Made by a program: the position numbers and the translations under genes. From Escherichia phage Ec_Makalu_001, in the sequence record MN894885.1: 64,000 bases of DNA. One strand, 5' to 3'. Position 1 is the stretch's first letter; every line of letters starts with the position of its first letter. Below the pieces are notes generated by a model. It did not search any database. It was not told the origin of the DNA and worked only from the letters and a program-made list of their open reading frames with translations. Below, piece by piece: positions 9,712 through 18,153 of this stretch.

Positions 9712-10769
9712 TGAAAATTAGTGTTATCAATGATGCCGTTGATAGCTTTAAAGCGGGGGTTAAAACCTCCGCTGGTTTTACCTCAAAAAATAAAGGGAAA
9801 ACATTAACCGCTCAATTCCCCGCTGAACGTGCTAGCGGTAATGATGCTAGCGGTTATTATATCAACGACTTATATAATAATGGTCTGTTATTCACTGCAT
9901 ACGATTATACATCTCGTACTACCGGATCGTTGCGTGATTTCAGGAAAAAGAAAAATGTTGCTAGTGGTTTTGGTGGTAGCGTTAATATCGCTGGTTTTGA
10001 TTTAAATTTGGGTGGGAGAAATGCTGCATTTGACCGAGAGGCAATTGCTAATATTCTTCTTCCTCGTAGTCAATCTGACGTTGACGCTGCTAGCCATAAG
10101 TTTAATGATGTTGGTGAATCTGTTATTTCTCGCGGTGGTGGTACTTTAGGAGGTGCTCTTTCTAATATGGCATCTACTGCCGTTTTTGGTGGTATCGAAA
10201 GTATTACTGGTGGATATCTTGCCGATCACGGTGAACAGATTTATAATACTGCTCGAAGCATGTATGCTGGTGCTGACGCACGAACTAAAAACTACGTATG
10301 GCATCTAACCCCACGTAGTATTGAAGACCTTCGCAATATTCTAATCATATACGAAACGTTTTTAGAATTGTCTTATGGTTCTAGTGGTATTTCCAGCACC
10401 GCAAAAGAATTAAAAGCGGAAGTTGATGCGTGGTATAAAAATACACTATTGAGAAAATCCACCCCAGAGGAAGCGAAGAGAAACGATACTCTGTTTGAAG
10501 GGATCACCGATTTTCTATCAAACGTAATTACTGTATCTAACCCGACAATATGGATGATCTCTAACTTCGGCAAGCGTACATCGTTTGAAGGGCGTAGCGA
10601 TGCATTTGGTCCCGCTCAGATCTCAAGTGTACGTCTGGACAAGTCGCCTGATGGTAAGTTTAATGGCCTTGCTATTTCTCCTAACTTGCCGAGTACCTTT
10701 GTTCTGGAAGTATCATTTAGAGAGATCTTGACACTTTCCCGTGGTACTATATTTGGGAGTGCGGCATAA
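9711..10769 (+). CDS. 48: baseplate tail tube cap gp48
   Basis: 352 aa; ATGA overlap with gene 29; T4 synteny. Confidence 0.7.
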   Translation: MKISVINDAVDSFKAGVKTSAGFTSKNKGKTLTAQFPAERASGNDASGYYINDLYNNGLLFTAYDYTSRTTGSLRDFRKKKNVASGFGGSVNIAGFDLNLGGRNAAFDREAIANILLPRSQSDVDAASHKFNDVGESVISRGGGTLGGALSNMASTAVFGGIESITGGYLADHGEQIYNTARSMYAGADARTKNYVWHLTPRSIEDLRNILIIYETFLELSYGSSGISSTAKELKAEVDAWYKNTLLRKSTPEEAKRNDTLFEGITDFLSNVITVSNPTIWMISNFGKRTSFEGRSDAFGPAQISSVRLDKSPDGKFNGLAISPNLPSTFVLEVSFREILTLSRGTIFGSAA

Positions 10770-11701
10770 TGTTTGATTTAAATGACTTTAACGAACAAGC
10801 CGCTAACCTTGACTTTCAGCGATCTAACTTATTCAGCGTGGCATTTGCCACCACTCCAAGTAATAAGACACAAGCGATCCTAGAAAGTATGGGCGGTGCG
10901 GTATATGATATTATACCAAATGCATTAAATGACTATTTCGGGATTACTCGTGGTGATTATACTGACGCATTAACAAATCTTGCTGTACAGGGTGTTAGGC
11001 GTGCTGTTGATTCATCCGGTGTCAAAAAGTATCTTTTAGGTGCAATGTCATCCCGCGTAGTTCAATCTCTTCTGGGGCAATTTGATGTTGGTACATATGC
11101 GCTTGACTGGTTCAATATGGCATATAAGACAAGCGGTCTTCTGGTGTATGCTGTTAAGGTTCCAGAAAACAGATTGAATTATGAAATAGACCGTAACCAC
11201 AATGCGCCAAACATTCGAATTACCGGACGTGATTTTGATCCGCTTGTATTGAGCTTTAGAATGGACTCTAGCGCATCAAACTATAGAGCAATGCAGGATT
11301 GGGTTAACTCAGTAGAAGACCCAGTTACAGGGCTTCGTGCGCTTCCTGTTGACGTTGAAGCAGATATTCAGGTTAACTTACATAACCGAATGGGAGTTCC
11401 TCACACGATCATGATGTTTAATGGTTGTGTTCCTGTTGGTGTGAGTGCACCGGAATTAACCTATGAAAATAACAACGAAATTACAACATTCGATGTTACT
11501 TTTGCGTATAGGACTATGCAAACTGGTGCTGTAGGAGAGCAAGCCGCGCGAGAATGGATTGAGGATAAGGCAATAAACGCAATAACAAACACTTTCGGCA
11601 ACAATTTACTTGATAGTGGGTTATCTGCTGCTGGTAATGCTTTATCGCGTCTAAATGGCGTCGGTGGGCGTGTGGTGAATACTGTCACTAACTGGTTCTG
11701 A
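10769..11701 (+). CDS. 54: baseplate tail tube initiator gp54
   Basis: 310 aa; ATGA overlap with gene 48; T4 synteny; followed by terminator hairpin. Confidence 0.7.
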   Translation: MFDLNDFNEQAANLDFQRSNLFSVAFATTPSNKTQAILESMGGAVYDIIPNALNDYFGITRGDYTDALTNLAVQGVRRAVDSSGVKKYLLGAMSSRVVQSLLGQFDVGTYALDWFNMAYKTSGLLVYAVKVPENRLNYEIDRNHNAPNIRITGRDFDPLVLSFRMDSSASNYRAMQDWVNSVEDPVTGLRALPVDVEADIQVNLHNRMGVPHTIMMFNGCVPVGVSAPELTYENNNEITTFDVTFAYRTMQTGAVGEQAAREWIEDKAINAITNTFGNNLLDSGLSAAGNALSRLNGVGGRVVNTVTNWF

Positions 11702-11708
11702 TAAGCGA

Positions 11709-11737
11709 AAGGCGGGGACAATCACCCGCCTTTTTAT
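11709..11737. terminator. rho-independent terminator hairpin between convergent gene 54 and lipoprotein gene
   Basis: GGCGGG-loop-CCCGCC followed by T-run. Confidence 0.6.
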
Positions 11738-12219
11738 TTTGCTAAATCATTGCAATATTTTAGTGCCTTAGTTTGAAACTCTGCGCTGTTAAGTTCTTCA
11801 TAACGGTCATAATCACCGTTTAATGCTGCCTTTCTTGCTTCTTGTTCTATCTGCATGTCAGACATGATAATACAACGATCCCGCGCTTTCATCTTCTCAA
11901 GTTGTATAGACTCTTCTTGTTGCTTGCGCAATTCTTCTTGATGCTTCTTTTCTTCTCGTGCTTTCTCTTCCCGCGCTTCTTTGATTGCATCTTTGAACAT
12001 CTGCGTTTGTGGTGCTAAACCAACTTTAACGCGATCCACGTCTCGACGTTCCATTTTAGAAATAAAGCATGATTCGATCTGGTCATCGCTTGCATATGCT
12101 GCTTTACATTCACGAAGCAAGAAAACCGGATCTGATTTAGCATTCATCATAGCTTCCATGTTAGTACAACCAGTAAGCATGAATGCAGCCGCAAGACCAA
12201 TCAGTTTAATCATTTTCAT
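11734..12219 (-). CDS. putative lipoprotein (signal peptide with lipobox LTGC)
   Basis: 161 aa; N-terminus MKMIKLIGLAAAFMLTGC; charged coiled-coil-like remainder. Confidence 0.5.
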   Translation of the reverse strand: MKMIKLIGLAAAFMLTGCTNMEAMMNAKSDPVFLLRECKAAYASDDQIESCFISKMERRDVDRVKVGLAPQTQMFKDAIKEAREEKAREEKKHQEELRKQQEESIQLEKMKARDRCIIMSDMQIEQEARKAALNGDYDRYEELNSAEFQTKALKYCNDLAK

Positions 12220-13040
12220 TTAGTCACCTCACCGAAAATTGTAAATTGTCTACGATTCTCATCGCCGAAAGATTCTACTACGTCGTTTACCTTGATGCAA
12301 GTCCCGCGCGGTAAAATTACTTCACATTCGCAAGGATTCCATGCAATAGACCCAACAACAAAACCTTTATGATCTTTTACGTCAATTACCCATGATACAT
12401 TACAAGAATGTTGCATCTTTCCGGTCATTGATTCATATCGATTCTCACAATAAAGGCTAGTGCTGTTTGAAAGCCATCCTCCAAAGATGATCGGTGTCAT
12501 GCTGGTCGATACAAAGTTTTTAAAGGTAAATTCCTTATCTTCAATAATACGCTCTATTGTCTGAATGTCAAGATGTTGACCGCGATAAAGAGTACCGTTT
12601 AACTTTTCGGTTTTATCCATGACACAATCCATCAAATCGACAATCTCTGATATCTCATCGGTCATGTCTTCTTCCCCTAAGAGAGCACCATTTACCCATT
12701 CGTATTGTTCAGACACATAATCGCAGATTGCATTATATTCTGCTGGGGTTATGTTGTTATGTTTGTAATGTTTGAATACATTATCTCCAAAATCTTCGGA
12801 ATGTACTTCATACATCACATTAATGATTTTCTTGACAAATCCATAATCTTGCGTTTCTCGCTCAAGGAAACGGATAACTTTCACGTAATCATCAAAGTTA
12901 ATATGATCGCTGATCATTTCAGTGATCATGTAACCATTAATCCCCTCAATGCCATATGTTTCGATGTAATTATCCATACGTTCCATCATTGATTCGCGTG
13001 ATTCTTCTGAAAGGCGAAAATCCTGTAATTTCTTGAACAT
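12216..13040 (-). CDS. ADP-ribosyltransferase domain protein (Alt/Mod-like, short form)
   Basis: 274 aa; R-S-E triad pattern shared with adjacent Alt: LYRG, FVSTS, CECEVILPRG. Confidence 0.6.
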   Translation of the reverse strand: MFKKLQDFRLSEESRESMMERMDNYIETYGIEGINGYMITEMISDHINFDDYVKVIRFLERETQDYGFVKKIINVMYEVHSEDFGDNVFKHYKHNNITPAEYNAICDYVSEQYEWVNGALLGEEDMTDEISEIVDLMDCVMDKTEKLNGTLYRGQHLDIQTIERIIEDKEFTFKNFVSTSMTPIIFGGWLSNSTSLYCENRYESMTGKMQHSCNVSWVIDVKDHKGFVVGSIAWNPCECEVILPRGTCIKVNDVVESFGDENRRQFTIFGEVTK

Positions 13041-13059
13041 TTTAAACCTCCCATATAAC

Positions 13060-13093
13060 AGAAAACGGGGCTAGTATAAAACTAGTCCCCGTT
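13060..13093 (-). terminator. rho-independent terminator after alt
   Basis: Stem AACGGGGCTAGT / ACTAGTCCCCGTT with T-run on minus strand. Confidence 0.5.
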
Positions 13094-13119
13094 TGAGTCA
13101 ACCATTATTTCTTAAAAAA

Positions 13120-15171
13120 TTACATTTTAAATTTATCCGGCATAGCGTCTACAGACACAAGATCAGCGATAAGCTGACGTAGAGTTGCCTTATCTGCTTT
13201 CTTACGTTCGGTTTTAGCTTCGGTAATGAAGCTGGAGAAAGACAGGTCAGAAGCAGGTTTAACAACACCTTCACGGATGAATGCATCACCGTCCGCGATC
13301 ATCTCACCAGATTCTTGTAATGCTGCCAGTTCATTTTTGTTCATAATATGTGCCTCGATGTAATAAGTTTCTTGTGAATCCGTCGATGCCGTAGCACGAG
13401 TTACCGTATCAAAGGATAACACAACACCGCGAGGAAGTAAAATCTCGCATTCTTTGTAAGCAAATGCTTTGTTACCTACTGGCAATACAGGGATGTTTTC
13501 CGCGCCAGCAATGGAGAAAGCAACATTAGCGCCACCTTCACCGCGAGATCCAGCCATAGAATCAACACCAGCAACGGCACTAGCCACGTTTGCATTCCAT
13601 CCACCAAAAATATTAGGTGCAAGGGAAGTGCTCACATAGTTTTTAAAGTAAAACGCTTTTTGCTTACGTGCAGTTTCCCACATTTGAGAACGGAAGTCCA
13701 TACCACGATACAAGATAGTACCTGGATCAAGTTTAACACCATAGTTAGCAAATGCGTTATCCAGTGCATCACACATCTTGACCAATTCTTCTGGGTCTGC
13801 GATGCCTTCAAACTCTTCCAGCTTACGGTCGGTTAGGAAGTTGTTCATATTGATGTATGCTGCATCCGCATATTCGCTCAACACAAAACCTTCCGCGCCA
13901 GGCAGATCAAGATCAATATCTGCCATCATTTCACCCATGTTGCTAGCAATTGCTTCAAACATACCGGAAGCAACATTACGCAGGGCATCGGTTTTAATCT
14001 GCGTGATGTGACTACGCAGCATTTCAGCTTTTACATCTGCTGGCATAGACTGGTCGACGCGATCCATTGCTAGGGCGGTGATCTTGTTTTCAAACACTTC
14101 TTCATTCATGATTTCTTTTAAGCGTTTGATTGATGCTGCGATAACTTCCGCAGACAACGGATCATATTGATCCTGAACTTTTACCAGTTCGCTTACTGCG
14201 TATTTTGCATCGGCTTCGCTTTCAAAAATAGTACGCATGAAACCATAGCGAGTGATAATATCACTTGTCCAGTCATTCAGAGAACGGGCGGTTGAACGTT
14301 CTAAGGCTTGACGGTCAATCAGAGTATTAAACTGTTTCTTAGGTTCTGCTTCGGTGATATCTTCTTCCGGTTTAAGATTAATTTTTTCTGGATGATTCAC
14401 ATAGTCGCTGTTATAGGTCGCTTGAGTTTTCAGCATTTCTTCTTTAGTCAAACGAGATTTAGCCGCTACGCGTTGTTCTGCTTCCGCGTTTCGTTCTTCT
14501 TCTGACACAAGACTAGCCGCATACGCCTCATCTTTAGTCAGAGATTCACCAGTAGCCTTAGATACCCAGCGATCACCTAAATCACTTTCTACTTTAGTGA
14601 ACAGGGATTCATCGAGTTTAATCCCTTTAATCTTATCAATCGCCATCCCGCGACGTTTGACAACAACTAAAGCGATCTTTTTGCTGGTCATTACTTCCTG
14701 CTGGAATACTTCAAACTTCGGTGTACGACGCACCAAACGCTCTATAACGCGCTTAACCAGTTCGGTCTTACCTTTCATGCGGGATACGTTAAAACGGAAC
14801 ATAACAGCGTCTAATTGCGCTTTACGGGCTGTTTCCATAACCACATCAAAAGCACTTGACATAACTGCAATTGGGTTATCTCCTAGACCATTTTTAAGCT
14901 GTACAATACGACCGCTTTTGTTCATTTCGCACAGTACAACATGTGCGGTCTTGTCACCCATACGAATGATTTTAGGTGTTTTGTTGGTGAAGTTACAAAG
15001 ACGGACAATCACATCTTTATCGCGTGTCTGTACTGCAAAAAGCTGTTTAGGATTCTGCTTAGGCTTTAAGCACTGTACCGGAGCAATACTGCCAAAGTTT
15101 TCTTCCTCTTCCGTCAACAGCCATTTCTCGAAAGATTCAATCATTAGATCGTCGATTTCTAAGTTAAACAT
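13120..15171 (-). CDS. alt: Alt ADP-ribosyltransferase (packaged, RNA polymerase-modifying)
   Basis: 683 aa (T4 Alt 682 aa); motifs YRG / YVSTSL / ECEILLPRG; T4 synteny. Confidence 0.85.
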   Translation of the reverse strand: MFNLEIDDLMIESFEKWLLTEEEENFGSIAPVQCLKPKQNPKQLFAVQTRDKDVIVRLCNFTNKTPKIIRMGDKTAHVVLCEMNKSGRIVQLKNGLGDNPIAVMSSAFDVVMETARKAQLDAVMFRFNVSRMKGKTELVKRVIERLVRRTPKFEVFQQEVMTSKKIALVVVKRRGMAIDKIKGIKLDESLFTKVESDLGDRWVSKATGESLTKDEAYAASLVSEEERNAEAEQRVAAKSRLTKEEMLKTQATYNSDYVNHPEKINLKPEEDITEAEPKKQFNTLIDRQALERSTARSLNDWTSDIITRYGFMRTIFESEADAKYAVSELVKVQDQYDPLSAEVIAASIKRLKEIMNEEVFENKITALAMDRVDQSMPADVKAEMLRSHITQIKTDALRNVASGMFEAIASNMGEMMADIDLDLPGAEGFVLSEYADAAYINMNNFLTDRKLEEFEGIADPEELVKMCDALDNAFANYGVKLDPGTILYRGMDFRSQMWETARKQKAFYFKNYVSTSLAPNIFGGWNANVASAVAGVDSMAGSRGEGGANVAFSIAGAENIPVLPVGNKAFAYKECEILLPRGVVLSFDTVTRATASTDSQETYYIEAHIMNKNELAALQESGEMIADGDAFIREGVVKPASDLSFSSFITEAKTERKKADKATLRQLIADLVSVDAMPDKFKM

Positions 15172-15210
15172 TTTATATCCTCTAGTTGATAACCTATAAA
15201 CCTATATTTA

Positions 15211-15233
15211 TGAAAAAGGGGCTTAACGCCCCC
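15211..15233 (-). terminator. rho-independent terminator (GGGGC-TTAAC-GCCCC)
   Basis: Hairpin followed by T-run on minus strand; same hairpin core recurs at ~19234-19255. Confidence 0.5.
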
Positions 15234-15238
15234 ATTTA

Positions 15239-15451
15239 TTATAATGCACCATCGAGCAATTGCTCTAAGGTGTATCCTGAATAGTCTTTTTCAATCAGGA
15301 TATATTTTCCTACTCGTTTAATACAACCGCGCATTTCAACGTATTCTGCGTAGTTGATGGTGCGAGTTGTTCCATCTTCTAGTAAAGCAGTACCGATTTC
15401 GTTAATGCGGTCATAAGTTACGTCGGTAATGATGATTTCGATGTTAGCCAT
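15239..15451 (-). CDS. hypothetical protein (70 aa)
   Basis: ORF with RBS and upstream early promoter-like motif; hairpin terminator downstream at ~15211-15233. Confidence 0.4.
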   Translation of the reverse strand: MANIEIIITDVTYDRINEIGTALLEDGTTRTINYAEYVEMRGCIKRVGKYILIEKDYSGYTLEQLLDGAL

Positions 15452-15522
15452 TTGATACTCCTTAGTAGTTCGTTTCGGTATGGGTGTATTATGATATACA
15501 CCCTCTGTTATGTCAACAACTT

Positions 15523-15702
15523 TTAGAACATTTTTGAAATTAATTCTGCTTTGATTTCGCAGAGAACATCTAAAGATTTCTCGTCACCCGCTTTTGCTGC
15601 TTCTGCTTGCATTTTTGAAATGGCTTCAATGTCAGTGCAATTATAAGCCGCTTGAACTTTAGCGATTGCGATGATTGCCGATTCGATGGTTAAGTGTTTC
15701 AT
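15523..15702 (-). CDS. hypothetical protein (59 aa)
   Basis: Manual ORF below track cutoff; ATG 15700-15702 preceded by GGAGAATCA RBS and promoter 15735-15763. Confidence 0.35.
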   Translation of the reverse strand: MKHLTIESAIIAIAKVQAAYNCTDIEAISKMQAEAAKAGDEKSLDVLCEIKAELISKMF

Positions 15703-15734
15703 GTTTGATTCTCCTTTCGTTTCGGTATGTGTGC

Positions 15735-15763
15735 AGTACAGGGGATCGCCGATCCCCTGTCAA
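15735..15763 (-). promoter_or_regulatory. early sigma70-like promoter, palindromic spacer (TTGACA-GGGGATCGGCGATCCCC-TGTACT)
   Basis: Read on minus strand; -35 consensus, 17-bp inverted-repeat spacer with two GATC, weak -10. Confidence 0.45.
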
Positions 15764-15770
15764 CAACTTT

Positions 15771-16289
15771 TTAGTTATTTTTTAATTGCTCATCTTGCAA
15801 TAGGGCAATCACATGCTGGCGATGTTCTTCCGATTGAGGAACACCGAAAAAGTTTGTTTTGTAGAAATACTCTAATCGGTCTTCTCGTGTGCTCTCTTCC
15901 ATCATGATCGCGGGTAGTCCGAGATTTCGGAAACGTCGCTTTTCTGCTGGCGTAAAATCACTGTAATACAACATAGAATCATCATTACCAGCAATGCTAA
16001 ACTCATCCTTCATAAAGGAGAATATTGCGTTTAAACGCTGTTTACCGTCCACGATTTCGATCTCATAGCGAGAGCCATCATCAATCTTAGCCATTGCGAT
16101 AGCACCAACCGGAAAATCATTAATCAGGTTTTCGATAAACATACGTTTGTTTTCGGTGTCCCATACCAAAGGACGCTGATAATCTGGGTTCATGTTGATA
16201 TAGCCATCTTCTAACCACGCCTCATAAACAGAGATGACAAAGTTTTTAGTATTGGTATAGTAACGGCGTTTAGGCGTTAAACGGTTCAT
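15771..16289 (-). CDS. DUF262 / ParB-like (GmrSD N-terminal type) domain protein
   Basis: Motifs NPDYQRPLVW and IVDGKQRLNAI match the DUF262 signature (xQRxxxW ... DGQQR); start chosen at internal ATG 16287-16289 with AGGAG RBS, overlapping upstream stop. Confidence 0.55.
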   Translation of the reverse strand: MNRLTPKRRYYTNTKNFVISVYEAWLEDGYINMNPDYQRPLVWDTENKRMFIENLINDFPVGAIAMAKIDDGSRYEIEIVDGKQRLNAIFSFMKDEFSIAGNDDSMLYYSDFTPAEKRRFRNLGLPAIMMEESTREDRLEYFYKTNFFGVPQSEEHRQHVIALLQDEQLKNN

Positions 16290-16290
16290 G

Positions 16291-16623
16291 TTATAGTCTC
16301 CTGAATGGATCATCACGTAAATCAATATCTTTTAAGAACTCATCCCATGAATGGCGGATATTGTTCTTAATTCTCCAGATAAGCGCAGGGATTGAACGCT
16401 CTCCCATCTGGAAGTAAGGATCATATGATCCATATGCCCAATATGCTACTACAATTCCACAATCGGCGCAATAATATTCTATTTCACTTGCTGGCGACCA
16501 AAGTCCATCAATATGATCACGGATCTTGCTTTCGATGTTATGGCTATGGCAATCAGGGCAACGGATGCAATGACCTTGTTTATCGTAATTTGACGTTAGC
16601 GAATACTTAAACAATCTCATCAT
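16291..16623 (-). CDS. zinc-ribbon protein (CxxC...CxxC)
   Basis: 110 aa; CIRCPDCHSH ... CADCG; ATGA overlap with upstream gene. Confidence 0.45.
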   Translation of the reverse strand: MMRLFKYSLTSNYDKQGHCIRCPDCHSHNIESKIRDHIDGLWSPASEIEYYCADCGIVVAYWAYGSYDPYFQMGERSIPALIWRIKNNIRHSWDEFLKDIDLRDDPFRRL

Positions 16624-17336
16624 AGATCCTTATTGGCTTCAAATACTGCCTTTGCGAATCCTCGCGGGGTAAGTGACCTGATAGTCTTTGTTCTGGTTCC
16701 TTTCCCGCCTAGCTTAGAATGCTGTTTACTGTACCCTTTATTAATCTGCAACGGTTTCTTTTCTGGCATTATAAAGCCTTGTCCGGTCCATAAGCAAGTC
16801 TTTTTCGGGTACATATCACGGGCGGCAATATACTCAGGAAACGTAGGATGCTTATCATCTTCCGGCAAATAACCGCCATATTCCCACGGATGGAACATGT
16901 AATCAGGCTTACGCCACATGCTAGAGATAACGCTTACAGGATTCTCTATCATGTAGGGAACTCCTAGCCATTCACCCAAATAAGCGGTTATTTTAGCTGC
17001 CCTTACATCATGAACTTGAATTAATGGTCCTTGTTCTCGTTTCTTTCGTTCAAAGTGCGCAGCGCCACTAACAGCTAAATTGGTGCATGGTGGGAATGCA
17101 AAGATAATATCCGGTTTCCCCCATTCAAGGTCCATTGCTCTTTCCAGCCAATTTAAATCAATCCATGTGTTTACATATGTAATGTTTGGATGTTCAAATC
17201 GGGTATTATATTTTTTGTATGTACCGTGGTCGCCATCGTCAGCATTAAAGCAGATCACCTTATGACCTGCTTTAGCCCATTCTAACCCCATTATCCCCGA
17301 TCCGTCAAAGTTGCAGAATATTAATTTTTGTTTCAT
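16620..17336 (-). CDS. putative DNA (cytosine-5) methyltransferase-like protein (short)
   Basis: 238 aa; motif I-like FCNFDGSG, motif IV-like FAFPPCTNLAVSG (Pro-Cys), motif VI-like MIENP; no clear motif VIII/X. Confidence 0.4.
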   Translation of the reverse strand: MKQKLIFCNFDGSGIMGLEWAKAGHKVICFNADDGDHGTYKKYNTRFEHPNITYVNTWIDLNWLERAMDLEWGKPDIIFAFPPCTNLAVSGAAHFERKKREQGPLIQVHDVRAAKITAYLGEWLGVPYMIENPVSVISSMWRKPDYMFHPWEYGGYLPEDDKHPTFPEYIAARDMYPKKTCLWTGQGFIMPEKKPLQINKGYSKQHSKLGGKGTRTKTIRSLTPRGFAKAVFEANKDL

Positions 17337-17578
17337 ATACGCCCCTTTAACCCAACACAGATTTTAGAAGGTTCTTTGCCGTGCCACATTAAGTAAATTC
17401 CGTTAATGCGTCCTTGTTTTGTATATGATTCTTTTCTGATCTTCTTATAGTGTCGTGCTTCCTCAGCCGATTGTTTAGAATGTCGATCATAAAGGAAGAG
17501 GAACAAAGGCCAACCATTAGCGGCCTTAATGCAGTTATTCAAAAATTCCTTATTTCGTTTAATTAATTTTCTTTTCAC
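17333..17578 (-). CDS. hypothetical basic protein (81 aa)
   Basis: ATGA overlap on both sides; member of the coupled cassette. Confidence 0.4.
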   Translation of the reverse strand: MKRKLIKRNKEFLNNCIKAANGWPLFLFLYDRHSKQSAEEARHYKKIRKESYTKQGRINGIYLMWHGKEPSKICVGLKGRI

Positions 17579-17826
17579 GCTGCCCCCATTGGTTTGATAG
17601 TAACAGAATCTAAAAGACCTTTGTTAGCCAGTTCGCGGCAAGTTTTCAGATCCGCAACTTCCCAGCCAGCCGCAATAAGGTTATCAATGAGGCTGTTAGC
17701 AACTTCTTCGCTCATGAAAGAGCACTGTTTGCCGATGGTGTAGCGTACACGCTGTAATTTCAGTTTACGGAAGCCTTTAACGTTCAGGTCTTTAGCGATT
17801 TTCTTTGCGGTTTCGATGTTAGCCAT
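17575..17826 (-). CDS. hypothetical protein (83 aa), first gene of coupled cassette
   Basis: RBS GGAGAATCA; promoter 17867-17895 upstream. Confidence 0.45.
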   Translation of the reverse strand: MANIETAKKIAKDLNVKGFRKLKLQRVRYTIGKQCSFMSEEVANSLIDNLIAAGWEVADLKTCRELANKGLLDSVTIKPMGAA

Positions 17827-17866
17827 TGTTTGATTCTCCTAAGTGGTATCTCGTCTTGATGGTTGT

Positions 17867-17895
17867 ATTGTAGGGGAGTTATCCTCCCCTGTCAA
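17867..17895 (-). promoter_or_regulatory. early sigma70-like promoter, palindromic spacer (TTGACA-GGGGAGGATAACTCCCC-TACAAT); drives 5-gene cassette
   Basis: Minus-strand -35/-10 with 17-bp inverted-repeat spacer, A-rich UP region. Confidence 0.55.
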
Positions 17896-17909
17896 CACTT
17901 TTTATAAAA

Positions 17910-18077
17910 TTATTTGTTAATTTCTGGTGCGTTGCTAGGATAGTAACCTTCTTTAACTCCGAGGTATTTCGCAACCATCCCTACAATCTTCTGTGCTACT
18001 ACAATGTCAAATTTCAGATAATCTTCGCCGTGGGTTTCAATGATATATGCTTCACATGCTGCTTTAGTCTCGAACAT
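17910..18077 (-). CDS. hypothetical protein (55 aa), duplicate copy A
   Basis: Manual ORF MFETKAACEAYIIETHGEDYLKFDIVVAQKIVGMVAKYLGVKEGYYPSNAPEINK; near-identical to 21193-21360. Confidence 0.45.
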   Translation of the reverse strand: MFETKAACEAYIIETHGEDYLKFDIVVAQKIVGMVAKYLGVKEGYYPSNAPEINK

Positions 18078-18110
18078 TTTGATTCTCCTATTTCGTTTCG
18101 GTATGTGTGT

Positions 18111-18139
18111 ATTATAGGGGATCTCCCGATCCCCGTCAA
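18111..18139 (-). promoter_or_regulatory. early sigma70-like promoter, palindromic spacer (TTGACG-GGGATCGGGAGATCCCC-TATAAT)
   Basis: Minus-strand; consensus -10; two GATC in spacer. Confidence 0.55.
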
Positions 18140-18153
18140 CAACTTTTTTAAAA

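Noticed and set aside
14597-15199. 200-aa plus-strand ORF
   Set aside because: Antisense within alt, whose identity is well supported; no promoter or RBS.
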